Origin: Ginglymostoma cirratum
Taxonomy: Eukaryota
Reading direction: 5' to 3'
Assembly: GCA_024137785.1 (NCBI GenBank)
Contig: JAHRHZ010000084.1
Coordinates: forward strand, 7,282,093 to 7,346,092
Length of the DNA stretch: 64,000 nucleotides
Shown: piece by piece, positions 41,621 to 55,689 of the stretch
Position numbering within the stretch: the stretch's first letter is position 1
Layout of the letters: every line of letters starts with the position of its first letter
Position numbers and translations under genes: made by a program
The notes under the pieces: generated by a model
What the model was told of the DNA's origin: nothing
The model's database searches: none
The model's input: only the letters and a program-made list of their open reading frames with translations

Positions 41621-44253
41621 ACAGATGTTGCCAAAATGGTAAAATTTGAAGGCACTCGAATTAAATCCTTGGTTCTACTTCAAAGAGGTGGTCATGGACC
41701 CTTCACGTTCACACAGGAGGGTGGGTGGTGACTTACGTTAACGTCGCATGTGTAAAACAGTGCTTCCGACAGCGTGACTTGCTCAGTCCTGCCCTGGAAA
41801 GTCTTGAAGTGGGGCTATCGCCAAACTACTCCTTAGACGGAAGTGAGTGTGCTACCATCTAATAAACAGCTGGCATTCAAATCAATTTATGAGAATAAAT
41901 AGCTGCAGGTGACCTGATCAATGTAATTTGTATTACGAAAAGATCTGTCTGGATTGATCATTCAGAGAAAATGTTTCCACTTATGATCGAAAGATAAACT
42001 ATATGACGTACATTTAAATTGACATAGTCAAATTGAAAAAACGTTTATGCATACGAAACAGAAACAATCTAAAGGATATGCAAATTGCATCGTTCAAGTC
42101 TAGTAGGGAGCAGCAAAAATGACAAAATATATCAGATGATCTGAATGCTCTATGCCTATACGAGAATTGCATGTGTTTGTGAGTTATGAAAACAAAATAT
42201 GACCAGATCACACAATTGGCTGACCAACATATGCCAGGAAAACATAAATTAACGTTCAGTCATAGCCCTTCATCACACCTGGAAAAGTAAAAGCAAAGTC
42301 ATCTTAAACGACAATTTATATTTGTACAAATATTTTGAACACAAACATGTACCAGTGTATCCTGAAGGATTAAACAAAATCACGCTGTCAAAGCAATGTG
42401 GATAAAGATAGTGATGAAACATGGATTCTTGGTGTGGATTTAAAGAAGAATTGTGATTGAAAAGGAAGAATGGATGAGCAGAGACGCTTAGGATGGCAAT
42501 TTTGGAGCAGGTAAGCGAGGAAATGATGGCAAAGCACATATAGGATACAACATTCCACAGATATGACAATGGGGAGTGGAGTTACTGACAGGAGGCATAC
42601 TGAAGTCGGGAATGACAAGCTCAAAAGGAAACTTAAATGAGTATCAGAATTTTAAATTTGAGCCAATAAAGAATAGGAAATATTCGGAGGTCTACCAGAA
42701 CTGGGGAGATGGGTGAGCACGACTTTGTGCAGTATAGCGTATGGATGGCAGAGTTTTGGAAGCAATAACTTTGCTATAAATTCGAAGTTGGTGGCACAAT
42801 CACTGCATTTAGTGAAAACGGTTAAAATGTGGCTTGTGAGGCTATAGAACTTTGGCAACCGTCTGTTTTACTCTTTTTCTCCTTTAGATTATTGATTCCA
42901 TTAATTTCTATTTACTAATATGGGAACTTGAACGATTGAGGTGGGATGAATACAGATAATGTTGCAGACGTAGAAGGAAACAATGTTTGCAAAGAAGATA
43001 ATTCACGGTCTCCCCACAGAAGAAGCAATTGGTGAAGTTAATTGACACGCCGTGCTGGGATACAAAAAGGAATTACTCGACTGTTGCAGAAGGACCGAGC
43101 GTGAAATGAAGGGAACAGAAATGGAAAAATAGCCATATTGTATGAGCGAGGAAATACAACTGTCCCTGCATTCCCATTTCACATCTCAACGTAGCTCCAT
43201 TTGTATGTACATGTGTGTGAATGTGGCCACAGTACCAAGTCAAGACAGTCGAGAAGTGGAGCAGCTGTGGCAGAGGAAGGTAATCCAGGGCTGCAAATTC
43301 TATTTCTCTTTGCAACAAATAGCTCCCATTGCGGGAAACCGAGTGGATCCGGAATTAGGTTTCTCTGTAATCTGAGGTGACATGTTCGATTCCAAGAGAC
43401 TGCCCACAATGACGATGTGAGTGTCTACGGATCTGTATGCGATGTCTATTGGTGTATGTATGCATATGACTCTGCGTGTGCCTGTGATTTGTGCAACATA
43501 ATAGTGACCTTACCTCATTGGTTTTAAAGTGCTTTGACACCTCCTGACGACCATCGTTAAAAATACAAGTCACTTTACTTGTCAATGTGTGTGTATGCGT
43601 CTTTTTTATAAGTAATTTGTTTTTAGCCCATGCTAAAGTCGATGTATGTATAACTTATACCTAGACCAATTCAGTCATCGTTTCATATTTATTGAGCTAC
43701 ATTGATTCTGCAACTTCTTTCGTTTGAAATCCTCTTTACTATTTTAAATATTAGTATACAATATTTTTAATGCCTCCAGTACAAGACATTGTCTCTCTTC
43801 CAATTCTGATCACTTGTCCAAGTCAAATTTTCTCCATTCCGCCTTTGGCAACCATGTCTTGAACTAGACGGGTTCATATATCTGGAAGCTCATCATGAAC
43901 CAAGTCTGTTTCTGTCTTCTCTTTTAAAACCCGTCTCTTTGACAAAGCTGTTTACATCAATAAATTACTTCTGTCCGTCCGTAACATTCCTTGCCAAAAG
44001 CCTTCATATTTTACTGCTTTGTATGCGCAATACAAATGTAACTTGCTAAACGCCTGTGTCCTGTGGTTTTGCTTATGCGTGGGAGTGTCTCCATTACCAT
44101 TTGCTCCCTTCATTAATGCTAGTTTTATTTGTAACATATTCCGCTTTGAAGGAGAGTTCTGATCACGCAGGCAGTACTTTCGACTTATGCTTCGGATGAG
44201 CTATTATCGCTGCTCAAGTTTGAACTACTGCAACACATTTATGTTTCAAGAAA

Positions 44254-44690
44254 GAGATAACAAGCATGGGGCTGGATGAACACAGCAGGTCAAGCAGCAT
44301 CATAGGAGCAGGAAAACTTGACGTTTCGGGCCTAAACACTTCATCAGAAATGGGGGAGGGGAAGAGGGTTCTGAAATAAATAGGGAGAGAGGGGGAGGCG
44401 GATGAAGGATGGATAGAGGAGAGGATAGGTGGAGAGGAGGCGGACAAGTCGAAGAGGCGGGGATGGAGCCAGTAAAGGTGAGTGTAGTAGGGGGTTAGGG
44501 AGGAGATAGGTCAGTCCAGGGAGGACGGACAGGTCAAGGGGGCGGGATGATGTTAGTAGATAGGAGATGGGGGTGTGGCTTGAGGTGGGAGGAGGGGATA
44601 GGTGAGAGGAAAAACAGGTTCGGGAGGTGGAGATGAGCTGGGCTGGTTTTGGGATGCGGTTGGGGGAGGGGAGATTTTGAAGCTTGTGAA
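44254..44690 (-). mobile_element. Young Penelope terminal-repeat insertion, copy B only
   Basis: G-rich reverse of the PLE terminal repeat; absent at 19320 in copy A. Confidence 0.85.
44318..44350 (-). ncRNA. Minimal type I hammerhead ribozyme-like motif
   Basis: Reverse complement reads CUGAUGA-aguguuuaggccc-GAAACGUC; palindromic ACGU stem III and GUC triplet; stem II mismatched. Confidence 0.55.
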
Positions 44691-46853
44691 ATGTTTCAAG
44701 AAAGGTTCAGTATGGTTGAAGGGAATGGAAATACTTGTGGTTAGATGTTGAGCCCGTTTCAGTACCTGCAAGTTTAGCAATACTTGCGTTTACGCGTGAA
44801 GGTCTTTCTCTGAGAACGTCCAATTGAGGGGAGCATGAGAGAGGCGGTAATCTCTACAAATTACAGAACGACATCATTCACTGCATCGATCTCTTCATTA
44901 TTTTCAGCTGTATCATTCAGCAAGTTCTCATTGTGCACAAAGTCATCCACCACATTAAATTATATATTTGAACTGAGAGATGTCCTTACTGTACACTGGA
45001 AGCAACAATGGCGAATTAGTGAATTGAAACAAAATATGTATTTGTGGTGAGAAAGCAGAGTTACCGTTTCGAGTCCAGTTACCTTTCAGAACAGAAATGT
45101 ATTTATATGGGTCATTTCATGATTTCTTGAGATTCCAATAATCTTTACAACAAATGAAGCACTTCAGTTATGTTGCCAGTATTCTTATGCAGTCATGCAA
45201 CTCGCTTCAAAGTACCACAGCAGAAGCACCACAATTAGCAGCATTAAAAAATGGCACAGAGAACTGCGGATGCCGTAAATCAGTAACAGAGTAGAAATTG
45301 CTGTAGAAAAATCAGTGGTTCTGACACCATCTGTGGACAGAAGGCGCAGTTGACGTTCTGAACAAGGGTCACTGAACCCAAATTGTCAACTCCACTTTCC
45401 CTTCACAGATGCTCCACTTGGATTATGATAGTTGGGGGTGGCCAATGTAAATCCAGAACCAGGAATCTTCCAGAACCTAGAATCGTGGCTGGGATTTCCA
45501 CTTCTGCTTCTTGAGATCATATTGATCTGACATCACGATACACCATTTACAGGATTTATGGAAGCCAGTCATGATACAAAGCGACACTGACAGTTACAAA
45601 TGCTGAGTTCCTCCCTCAACCAACTTCATGAAAACCAAATTACAAATTACAAATCGGAATTTGCAATTGCTGGATAAACTCAGCAGGTCTGGCAACATCT
45701 ATGGAGAGGAAGCAGAGTTGACATGTTGGGTTCGGTGACCCTTGTTCAGAATCTTAACTGTGTTTCAAGTTTCAAGAAAAATGCTCTTTACCTCAGCAGA
45801 CGACCTACCTTTGGTGCGAGCATTGTGGCTAAAACCTGACATCGACCCCAATGTACAGTCACCATGACACTGACTCGTCATAACACCAAGATCATAATGT
45901 ATACATAACTCCCGGACGTCCAAGAATGCTTCCTCAATTCCAAAATGCATTACTTTTGCAGCTTTTCTCATATGCCACTTTGATGAAAGACTGGCCTATC
46001 TGGAATTCGTATGTATCACCTCATTCCCACCCTCATGAAAAGTTCCAAAGTTTGTCACATTGATTAGCACAGGAAAATGAGGAAGAAATCATGCTCACAA
46101 TATGCTCTATTCAGAAAAAGCACATATTGCTTTTTACTACCGCGAAACGCTCCAATATCCCTTCTTGAAGTGCTTTCCCTGTCACAACGCAGGGAAAGAC
46201 GGCAGGCAATTAGCAAACTGAAAGAAATGTCGCACAATTAGCAATGAAGTAACATTCTAAAACACCTGAAGGTTATTTACGCTTGTAAAAATTGGGCCAG
46301 ACACTAGGAGATTTTGGCATGGCAGTGCTCTAACTGAGAAGGCGGAGATCCATGGTATTTTATCTCTTGGTCAGAAGAACAAGTCCAGGGATATGCCTGT
46401 TCGGTGGATTAGCTATGGGAGGCGCAAGGTTATAGGAAAAGTGTAGAGGGGTGAGTCAGGGTGGGAGCTCTTCGGAGGATTGATGTTGACAAAAAGCCTA
46501 AATGGCCTTCTTCACCACTATAGGAAATTTATGGTTCTATGACATTTTCGTGTAACTTCATGACTTTGTGGGATACACAGCCAACATTACACGCAACAAA
46601 AGCTAACCGAGTTTACACAGTCTCACACTACTTCCAGTCATCAGGAAGTCGAGCTAAAACTGTCTTCTCTCGAAAATAAAGCCGCAGTATATTTCATTGG
46701 TCCGCACCATCTATTCTGCCAAACAATCCGGAACGTTTTTCTCCCCATCACCATCTACACCTTACTCCACGCCCCACAAATTCTCTTCTCCACTTGTGCG
46801 AATAATAAAACTCAGGGGTAGTTGCTGGAACAAAAAGCTTATATGCATTTACC

Positions 46854-47663
46854 TGTGAGATGTTATTGGGATAACATCTCATTGATTTCTATATTCCCTA
46901 TAATTTAATGCTCTTTACCTGCTTACACAGAGATATGCAGACACCGCCTTAAAACTTCCTGCCCGACTAGAATTAGATATAAACTTTGTAAATCTTTATC
47001 TTCCTGCACAGGGGTATGTGGAAACTGTCTCAAATAAGATTAGGTGGGAAGCGTTTGTAAAGGTGTGAGACTTCTGAAATCCTGTAAAGTATGTAACTTC
47101 TGTTTCTGCTAAAGGGGCCAGGGCACTGACTTTTGTTCAAGCCAGACACTTCGGCGGCTTGAAATTACATTCTGTCACTTCGGCAACTTCAGCCTCCTGC
47201 CGTTAGCAGTCACTTTGCGAGCAATCGATACTGTATCCTGGGATAAACGGTACTACAGATGCTCGAGAATCCGAGATAACAAGGCGTGGGGCTGGATGAA
47301 CACAGCAGGCCAAGCAGCATCATAGGAGCAGGAAAACTTGACGGCCTGCTTTCTTTATGTTCTCGATGTAGTAATTGTTTTTGTATCATGTCATTGTCCG
47401 ATGAAGTGATTGTTTCATGTATCATGCCATTGTGGGATGTAAAATTGCTTTCTGTATTATGCACTCGATAAGGTATAAAAAGCAGGGACTGTCCGCTGTT
47501 CAGGGAGAATCGCTTACTAAACTCTGCATTCTGCGCCCGGTTGAGTACAGTGATCCTCCACAGCTTGTACTTGCTTTGTAATAAAGGAATCGTGTTTTTC
47601 TAAACAGGTCAGTGCCTTGTTATTGCATCAAGTCCGTGAGGGTCTCCGAAAACGAACCTAACA
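46854..47663 (+). mobile_element. Solo LTR, copy B only, with nested Penelope terminal fragment (about 47250-47343)
   Basis: TGTGAG...CTAACA termini, TATAAAA at 47475, AATAAA at 47580; empty site at about 20985; TSD imperfect. Confidence 0.65.
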
Positions 47664-48069
47664 ACTGGAAGCTAGACAAAAGGTAGAATGATAGGTTTAG
47701 ATGAACAAAGATGCGAGGAATATCGAGAGAAACGAAGAAATGGGCACTGTTTGTACTAAAAGATCTGTCTCCATAATTTTGGTTTTAATCATCCATGAAA
47801 AAAATAACTTTTTTGTCATATTTGGTCATTGTCCCTCATTTGAAGGTTATCTACAACGAAAATATAACCCTGATACAAATCTGGAATGAAAAAAGAATCC
47901 CAACATCAACCATGCAAATGCTGTCGATTTTCATCAAAGCAAACAAGCAATATTCCCCATTCCAAAGGGCAGTTGAGAGTCGACCACATTGCTGTGAATC
48001 TGAAGTAACGTTTAGGCCATACCAGACAAAGCAAGCAGATTTCCTTCCCAAAAGAACATTAGAGAACCA

Positions 48070-49070
48070 CATTGTACTTCTGTGTTCTAAATGTTACTTG
48101 CCACTTATGAGTCCAAGACTGAGTGGTGTTTTGGTTTCGCTGCATTTGGATATGCTCAAATTCAGTTTCTGAGAAGTTGTAAATAATAATGAAGATTCTG
48201 CAGTTATCAGTAAACATGTGTACGTTTAACTTTATACTGCAGGGAAGATTATTAAGGAGGAGGTGGTATGGTTGGACCTGAACACTGCCCTATCCTGCAG
48301 CGATATCCTGGGCTCTGAAATGATTGCCAGACAAAAAGAAACACAATCATCTTCCCTGTGGCAGTTATAAATTCAATTCAGTGGAGAGTTACATTTACTT
48401 TTAACCCCACTCCACTGTGTCTTATTCCCACTGACCTTGATGTCTAGGCTTCCTCCAGACCATCCATGGTCAAAGGCTGCCTTCATATCAAGGGCAATCA
48501 CTCTCATCTCACCTCTGGCTCTAAGATGATACTTGGACCAAAGCTCAATTGTGCTCTGATGAAGAGTAGATTTGATGGAACTCATATTGAACTTCAGTGA
48601 GCAGAGTGTTGTTGTGCAAATTTCACTTGATAGCATTGCTGACGACACTTTTCAGCTCATTGCTGAAGACAAGGAGTAGGCTGATGAAGTGTTCTTTGTC
48701 CAGATTTGATTTCTCTCTGTTTTAGTTTTTGGACAGAGGATATTTAAGTAGGTTACCTTTCAGTTTGTTGGGTAGAAACTGCTGATGTGGACTTGTTCAA
48801 ACAGTTTGGCTCGGGCCCTTCCATATTCTGGAACACAAGTCTCTCATCGTACTGTAAGGGGGTTGCCAGACCGCAGCATTTTTTGCACTGCCTGTGGCAA
48901 GATACGCTTCAAATACCTGAGATACACCCAGACCGGCATTGGGGAATAGCAGCTCTGTTCCAAGATAAATATCATGAGCTTCTTCAATTTTTTCATGAAA
49001 ATCCCGAGGGAGAATAATTGATTTGTATATACGAAGCACAGCTGGCCACTTACTGGGGTTCATTGAGGAG
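48070..49070 (-). mobile_element. CR1-clade LINE relic
   Basis: Minus ORF 48373..48648 ARGEMRVIALDMKAAFDHGW (RT motif). Confidence 0.8.
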
Positions 49071-52000
49071 TCATGTCATGGTTGGGGCATTTGAGGTGGA
49101 CAATCATTCATCATGGTCAAAATGTCAGTGCACTGTCGCTTCTTCAGAATAAATTGTCTCAAATTCATTGCATTACTATACACTCCAGGAAAGCCTAAAC
49201 GTATATTCATAACGTTATCCAAGAACAGACCTGCGTGCAGTTTAATTCTATGACATGCAGCGCTGTGTTGTTAATTAGTTCAGATGTCGGGGTTTCTACA
49301 TTTATGCTTCCGAAAGAACTGCGGTTTCAAATACCTGTCTTGAAGATGACACTTGTGAGGAACATTTGAAATAATAGAATTACTCACATTTTATTATTGC
49401 AAGAAGATAGGAGATTTCAATGAAAGTAATGATCTGGGGTGTATGCACATCTTGTGAGGACAGCAGGACAAATGAAATGGCAACGTGGATTGATAATGGC
49501 AATGGCAACGTCATTGATAAAAAGATGGTGCATAAAGCAAGGAAGTTGCACAAACATATGTTAAGATATATTTAGGTCTCAGCTGGAGTGTTATGTAAAA
49601 ACCTGCCACCACCCTTGATGGGGAGTTACACGAAAATGGAAACACCGCAGTAGATGTTTGCCACAATGAAATGGGGTCGCGGGATTTACTCCTGTGGAGA
49701 GATAGGAGAAGCTAAGGCTTTTTCGCGTTAGAGTCGAGCAGGATGAGGTGCATGATTTTGCAATTCAGAGTTCACAACAGCTTTAAAAAGCAAATTAAAG
49801 AAATCTGTTCCTAGTTCGAGAATGTTCGGAAAACAAATGACAAAGATTAAGGCGATTGACAAAAGCACTGCAGGCTACTGAGAAGAAGTGGGTATAAAGC
49901 AGCACTGCCCTGTCGTTGTCCATTTTCAGAATGTGCATGGATCAAATGGACGGCAGTGACAAACAGAACTCCTGAATGACAGGCACCTACAGGTCTGGAG
50001 CAAGACCAAGAAAAGACTGAACAGATTTGAAAACTACAAGAAACAGGACACACTGAATAACCAAAGTCCCACTCCTGCTTGTTGGGGTTCTGATAACAGT
50101 CACAGAACTCGAAGACTGAACTCTGCTTTCTTTCCACAACATGCTGCCAGATCTTGAGTTTCTCCAGCAATTTCTGTTCTTGTTCCCACTTGCATTGTTA
50201 TCTTTTCTTTAAACTGTTAACAGCAAAATGATAATCGCTTTATTCGGCTTCTCCTTGTCCATCCATCTGGAAATGTCAACAAACAGCGTGAATAATATTT
50301 TCAGCCTTTCAGTCTGCTAGTTTAATAGCTGTAACTCTGAAACATGTGAACAGGGGTCTGGAATTTCACATCTGTCAAGAGTAAAACTAATATTGTCCTC
50401 GACAGCCCTGGACTGAAGAAATCGAAATAAGCAGGATTATTAATTCTAATTGCTGTTCCAGTGATTTCAGCTTGAGAACGTAATGCACTTGGAGCTCCCG
50501 ACCTAAATGTGTTCCCAAACTCACTGACCTGCATGTAAGTGAATGCTTCAGGCGAAGATCTGAAGACATGGCGATGCCTGCGATCTGAGTCATTATTTTC
50601 AGACCGAGTCAAGGTTGAAAATTGTTGCTGATAAATTATTCAAAAGCCGTGCGCCAGTAGTGTCAGAAACACATTGTGTTCGGACTGACGCTGTTCAACC
50701 AGCAGTGAGCAAGGAACCTCCCTCTTCCTGCACTTCTGAGACTCAATACCCATAATGTGATATCTCAGGTCATGGGCGTACGCTTGACAAAGTTTTCCAA
50801 ATAAACTACTCAGGACACCATCCTCGTTTACAACAGCAAACCAGGAACATTTTCTTTTTAGCTTGAGATGCAGTTCTGAGGAAATGTCTCCGGACCCAAA
50901 ATGTTAACTCTGTTGTTTCCTTCACTGATGCTGCCAGACATGCCGAGCATTTCCATCAATTTTGTTTTTGTTCCTGATTCACAGCATCCGCAGTTCATTC
51001 GGTTTTTATCATTACTGAGGACGTCCTCCAAAATATATATCATTAGACCCACCGACCCTGCTGAGGTGAGACATCACAGAAATAGGGTAAGATGCTGGAT
51101 GCAGCATTTTAAATTATGATTCCATGTGAATGATTATTTCAACATGTTGCTTGGCTAGTTAATTGGCCAGATCTACCCAAAATGGCTCCAAAATACGTTG
51201 TAAAGAGAACTTTGTAGTGTCTACAGCGCTGATATTGTCATTGCCCTTCATTTGGTGCCGAAGTTGATGCAGGTTGGTCCATCCATTTTTTCCCTTTTCT
51301 CAGAGTTTGTAAGGTGAGGTACAACCAATTGGCCTGCAAAGCCATTTCAAAGACTGGCAAACGCTATTTAATAATCAAAAATATCACTGGAAGACAGGCA
51401 AGGTTTGGAGGGTTTTCGTCCCATAAGGGAGTAATGAAGCAAATGCTGTTTTACAATAATTGAAAATGGTAGCATTTGACAAGCTTTTAATTCCAGGTTG
51501 AATTTAAGTAGAATACACTAACAGCTATGAGTTCAAGCTACTGTCCCAAAGCATTGATCCAGATCTTTGGGTTACGAGAGCAGTGACAATACAAAGCTCC
51601 ACTGCCTCCTCTTTGGTAGAGAAATGTCACGCAATATATTTTGGTTTGAAAAACAAGAAAAGTGGCGCAAACAGATGGAAGTCTTCAAAGATGGTACCGT
51701 AAATTGAGATAACTGTTGAAAGGCATAAAGGATCCTGGGCACTACAAATAAATTTTAGAGACAGAAACACGATAGGAATATTTCGAATTTGGGCATTACA
51801 TCTTTGGTTGTGATCTGCAGTACACCACCTAAAAGGATGTTGGAGGTAGATACATTTGTGGAATTCGAACTGCAATTTCATGGTGGTTTCACGTTAGCGT
51901 TAAAAAAAAAACATAAACTTGAGACCAGCTGAGTAGCTAGTGCGCCCGTAATGTCAGTTTGCGAGGACATTTTTTGTAGCGTATCCACTCTGGTGACACT

Positions 52001-53716
52001 TTAAGAACAGGCCAATCAGCGTATTAAGTCTCCTCCACCATTCAATGAACTCATGCTGATCTGATCATTCATAAAGTGATACCAATACAACACAGTCATG
52101 TTATGAAAAAGTGCCATTCCTTGCTTCTTCCATTCGAAAAGATTATTTGGCTAAAAAGATGCAGAATCCGAAACCTCTGGACAGTGACAATGTATAGAAT
52201 ATTCTAATGTAGGATTTCGAGCCTGTACCCGTGACGACATCTGGCTGGATTCTATATAAACATGAGACATGTTCTGGTTATGGGTGTCTTCTTTAATTTT
52301 ATTCGTAAAACAAGGTATCTTTTCAAATATTCGCAATATGACCTATTTGGAAATACGCACAACTTATTCAGTTCAGGAAAGACGTCATTATTTCAGTCGG
52401 GGTGCAGGGATTCGGTGACAGACAGGGGTCTACTTTCTCCAATAGATTGGTTCAAGAATCCGACAAAGTCTGAACCTAATACTGCTCCACGATCTCATTC
52501 AAAACATTATCCCTGCCTCGATTCATGTTACCAGGCCTGGGAAGTTCAATCTCGTTGATTATGGGTTCACATATTCTAACTATTTTGTCATGGGCATGAA
52601 ACACTTCAACACTAAAATTAAAAGATAGAGAGCATAAGTACTGTCATTGTATAAATGTCACAGCATCATGGATACCGTCAATGATGAAGTACTCTATAAA
52701 AGATATCACTATGCCCTTTCAAGCTCAGTAACAATTAGCTGATAGAAATTGTCGTGCAGCTTAGTTCTTCACCTTCGAAATTTCTGTAGCAATTCTGGGA
52801 CGAGTAACGAAAAAATCTGGCTCTCATTGCGCCTGTGGAAGGAAATTCATTTCTGCTCCAGTGATATCTATCTTTACTCCTTCGGAAGCTCTGTGTTGTA
52901 AGTCTGCGCAAGAATAATATTGTCATACTCACATGTGAATAACTCGTCAATTACTGGGATTTCATGAGAGGAAACAATTGAGATGATCAACCATTCTTCA
53001 GCAATCAAATTGCCAGCCGAAATCTGCTGCCTCGAATCGTGCCAAAATTAATTCCCCTTGTCGATTGCAATATTAAAGATCACACAGCTACGGGTAGATT
53101 TTATGATGGACTATTTATTAGTATAAGTTCCAGAACTCTGTCCAGAATTAGCTAAAATATTAGGTTACCTTGTGTTTCCGAGCAACACCTGTCACCTCAA
53201 GGGTTCTTGTGCTACAGTGTTACTGTCCCCACTTACGAGCCAACAGTCCACAGTCCAAATCCCAAATGTTCTTGTAATAGATCGTAGCATCTCTAAACGG
53301 ATTGATTAGAAAATATCAAGACCTGCCAGCTTTCCCACTCCACATAAAATGAACAACGAGGATTCCCTCAAGGGTAATTAGGGATGGACAACCATCCGTT
53401 CTTCCCTTAATCCTCATAACCTATTTTTAAAAGGCAAGCAGTGGGAGTGAATCGCATTTTAGCGATTACCAAGAGACGAGAGATTTAATTGAAAGTAAAG
53501 GTCTGGGGTGTGTCTACAATATTTTGGAGGTCGAGGTACAAGTGGGACATAAAATATAATGCAAGTAAATACTAAAAAACATGAACTATCCTCAGCCTTG
53601 AGTCTAATGCTCAAACTTGAGGGATGTCAAGACCTTGGATGATGTTTACTGAAATGATGTTGGGGCTGAGGCACTTCAGTCATGCGGAGAAAGTGATACT
53701 ATTCTCCTTAGCAGAT

Positions 53717-54108
53717 TCATAGACATAGAATTATACAGCACAGAAACACCCTTAAGCGCAACCAATCCAAGCCGAACATAATCTTAAACTGATGTAGTCC
53801 CACCTGCCCACAGCTGACCCATATCCCTCGAAACCTTGCATATTCATGTACTTATCCAAATATCTTTTACACATTGTAATTGTATCCACATCCAACACAT
53901 CCTCAGGAAGTTAATTCCGCAAGCAAACCAACCGCTGTGTAAAATAAAAAGTTGCCCCTCATGTCTTTTTTTTTAAATCCCTGTCCTGTCACCTTAATAA
54001 TGTGTGGCCCAGTTTGCAAATCTTCCATCCTAATGAATAGGCAAATACCATTAATTCTATCTGTTCTCTCATTATTTTATAAACTTCCATCACGTTGCCT
54101 CTCAATCA
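53717..54108 (-). mobile_element. CR1 LINE 3' end
   Basis: Reverse complement of the 11040-11300 tail family. Confidence 0.75.
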
Positions 54109-55217
54109 AGAGGTTAGTTACATGCATGATTGTGAAAAGTATTGATTGCATAAACTACTGAGATACCTGCGTCTTTTCAAAAGAGGCAGTTACTGGACAG
54201 ATTACTTAAAAACAAAACTTTTCAACTTCACAGTGGCAATGAGCTCCGGCTGAGCCATTTTTGCTTTTGAACGAATCCTCTGATGATGGTTACCACCGAG
54301 ATTCCTCAATACATTTTATCTATTAATTCAGATCAAATAACTTACTCACAAAACAAGCACAACAAACTGAGCGTTGATGAAATCTGCTCTTGCTTTCACA
54401 AAAGTTCCCTTTCTCCTTCCACTTGGTTAAATGGGCCTCTTCTAATCTTTTTTCTCCTCGCACTTCCACTTTCAGGTATCACCAAACACAATGCTGGGAA
54501 TATAACTTGTGTATTATGTGGACTAATAGCTTCAACTGAAAACGAATTGGAAATTTTTTTTTGCAATGTCCAGCTAAAATAAAATTTAAACTGCCCTTAT
54601 AAGCTCTGAAGTGGAGAATTAGAGATGAATATAATTATTAATCCAGTGGTTGCTGCTGGAAAATCGCGTGTTTGAAAGTTATTAAAGATGGCGGTGGCGT
54701 GAAACTCAGAGGTCCCAGGACAAAGAGTTGCTTACGTGAAGAGGAATGGTTTAGATAAAGGTGCTGGAGTACTGCAGCCTGAAGCGATACTTTCTGCAGT
54801 AAGCTAATAATAAAAGGTAAGTGTTGACAAAGAAGGTTTTTAGAACTGAGTGACCTTGTGGTGACTCTAAACAAAACAAAACCGTTAATCATCAGATGAA
54901 AACATTTCAGCAAGGAGTTAGGAGGGGCTCTCTGTCTAAAGAACTGTCACAGAATAGTACAAGCACATCGAATACGCCACATTTGTCATGTGGTGTTGCA
55001 TGTTATGGTCTCATGTTTAATATTTCTGCTTATACAACTCATTTGTTCCTCCCACCCAGCCACTCGGAATACTGCCCTCGTTTAAATCAAGGAGCCCACT
55101 CTTTTATCTCTTTTGCAAAATAATGTTGAGAGCAGCAATTCTAACCATGGTTATTCTGAGTACGGCTTGGTCAGATACTTTTAAACGTTATGAACTGCCC
55201 TTTTAAAATAACTTAGA

Positions 55218-55380
55218 ATGTATTTCTCATTTACAGCTACTATGCATTACAATGATGGACGCCCTGCTTGTCCAATTCAATGCACTTCATCGTTCTCGAT
55301 TCTTCTTGTATTTTATTCTGAAATTGCTTTTCCATGTCTGCTATCTGCGGCTAGTATCATGGTTTTTACTTTTTCTTCAG
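55218..55380 (+). CDS. Possible in-frame N-terminal hydrophobic leader contiguous with the V exon (alternatively intron)
   Basis: Open frame from ATG 55218/55242; FSILLVFY matches FSILLAFY at 24399; but a strong acceptor also lies at 55380. Confidence 0.35.
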
Positions 55381-55689
55381 TTGTCACTAAAGTAACTTCG
55401 AACAAAGTAGATCAGTTTCCCAAACTCTTGAAGGCGGCCAGGGGTGACAACTTTTCCATGTTCTGTACTTTTCCCATACTTGAAGATGTTCCTAAAGTAT
55501 TTTGGTGGAGGCACAACGAGGAATCGTTTCTCGAACCAGACAGCAGAAAATTTTTTCATGTCCAGAAAGGAAGGGGCTCACTTCATGTTCTCAATGTCAC
55601 TTTTCCAGACTCTGGAACGTATCATTGTAAGATAACATATCAGCAAACCACACTTGGAGCTGAAAGTGGATCATTGCTAACAGTGTGCG
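55381..55689 (+). CDS. IgSF V-set domain exon with J-like G strand (non-rearranging V-C1 receptor; SIRP/NCR3LG1/antigen-receptor-like)
   Basis: Acceptor ttttcttcag|, donor |gtaagt, phase 1-1; B-strand Cys (SMFC), C-strand Trp (VFWWR), DSGTYHC, ESGSLLTV. Confidence 0.92.

Noticed and set aside
52190-52260. IEYSNV ITIM-like peptide
   Set aside because: In-frame stop just upstream and no suitable acceptor
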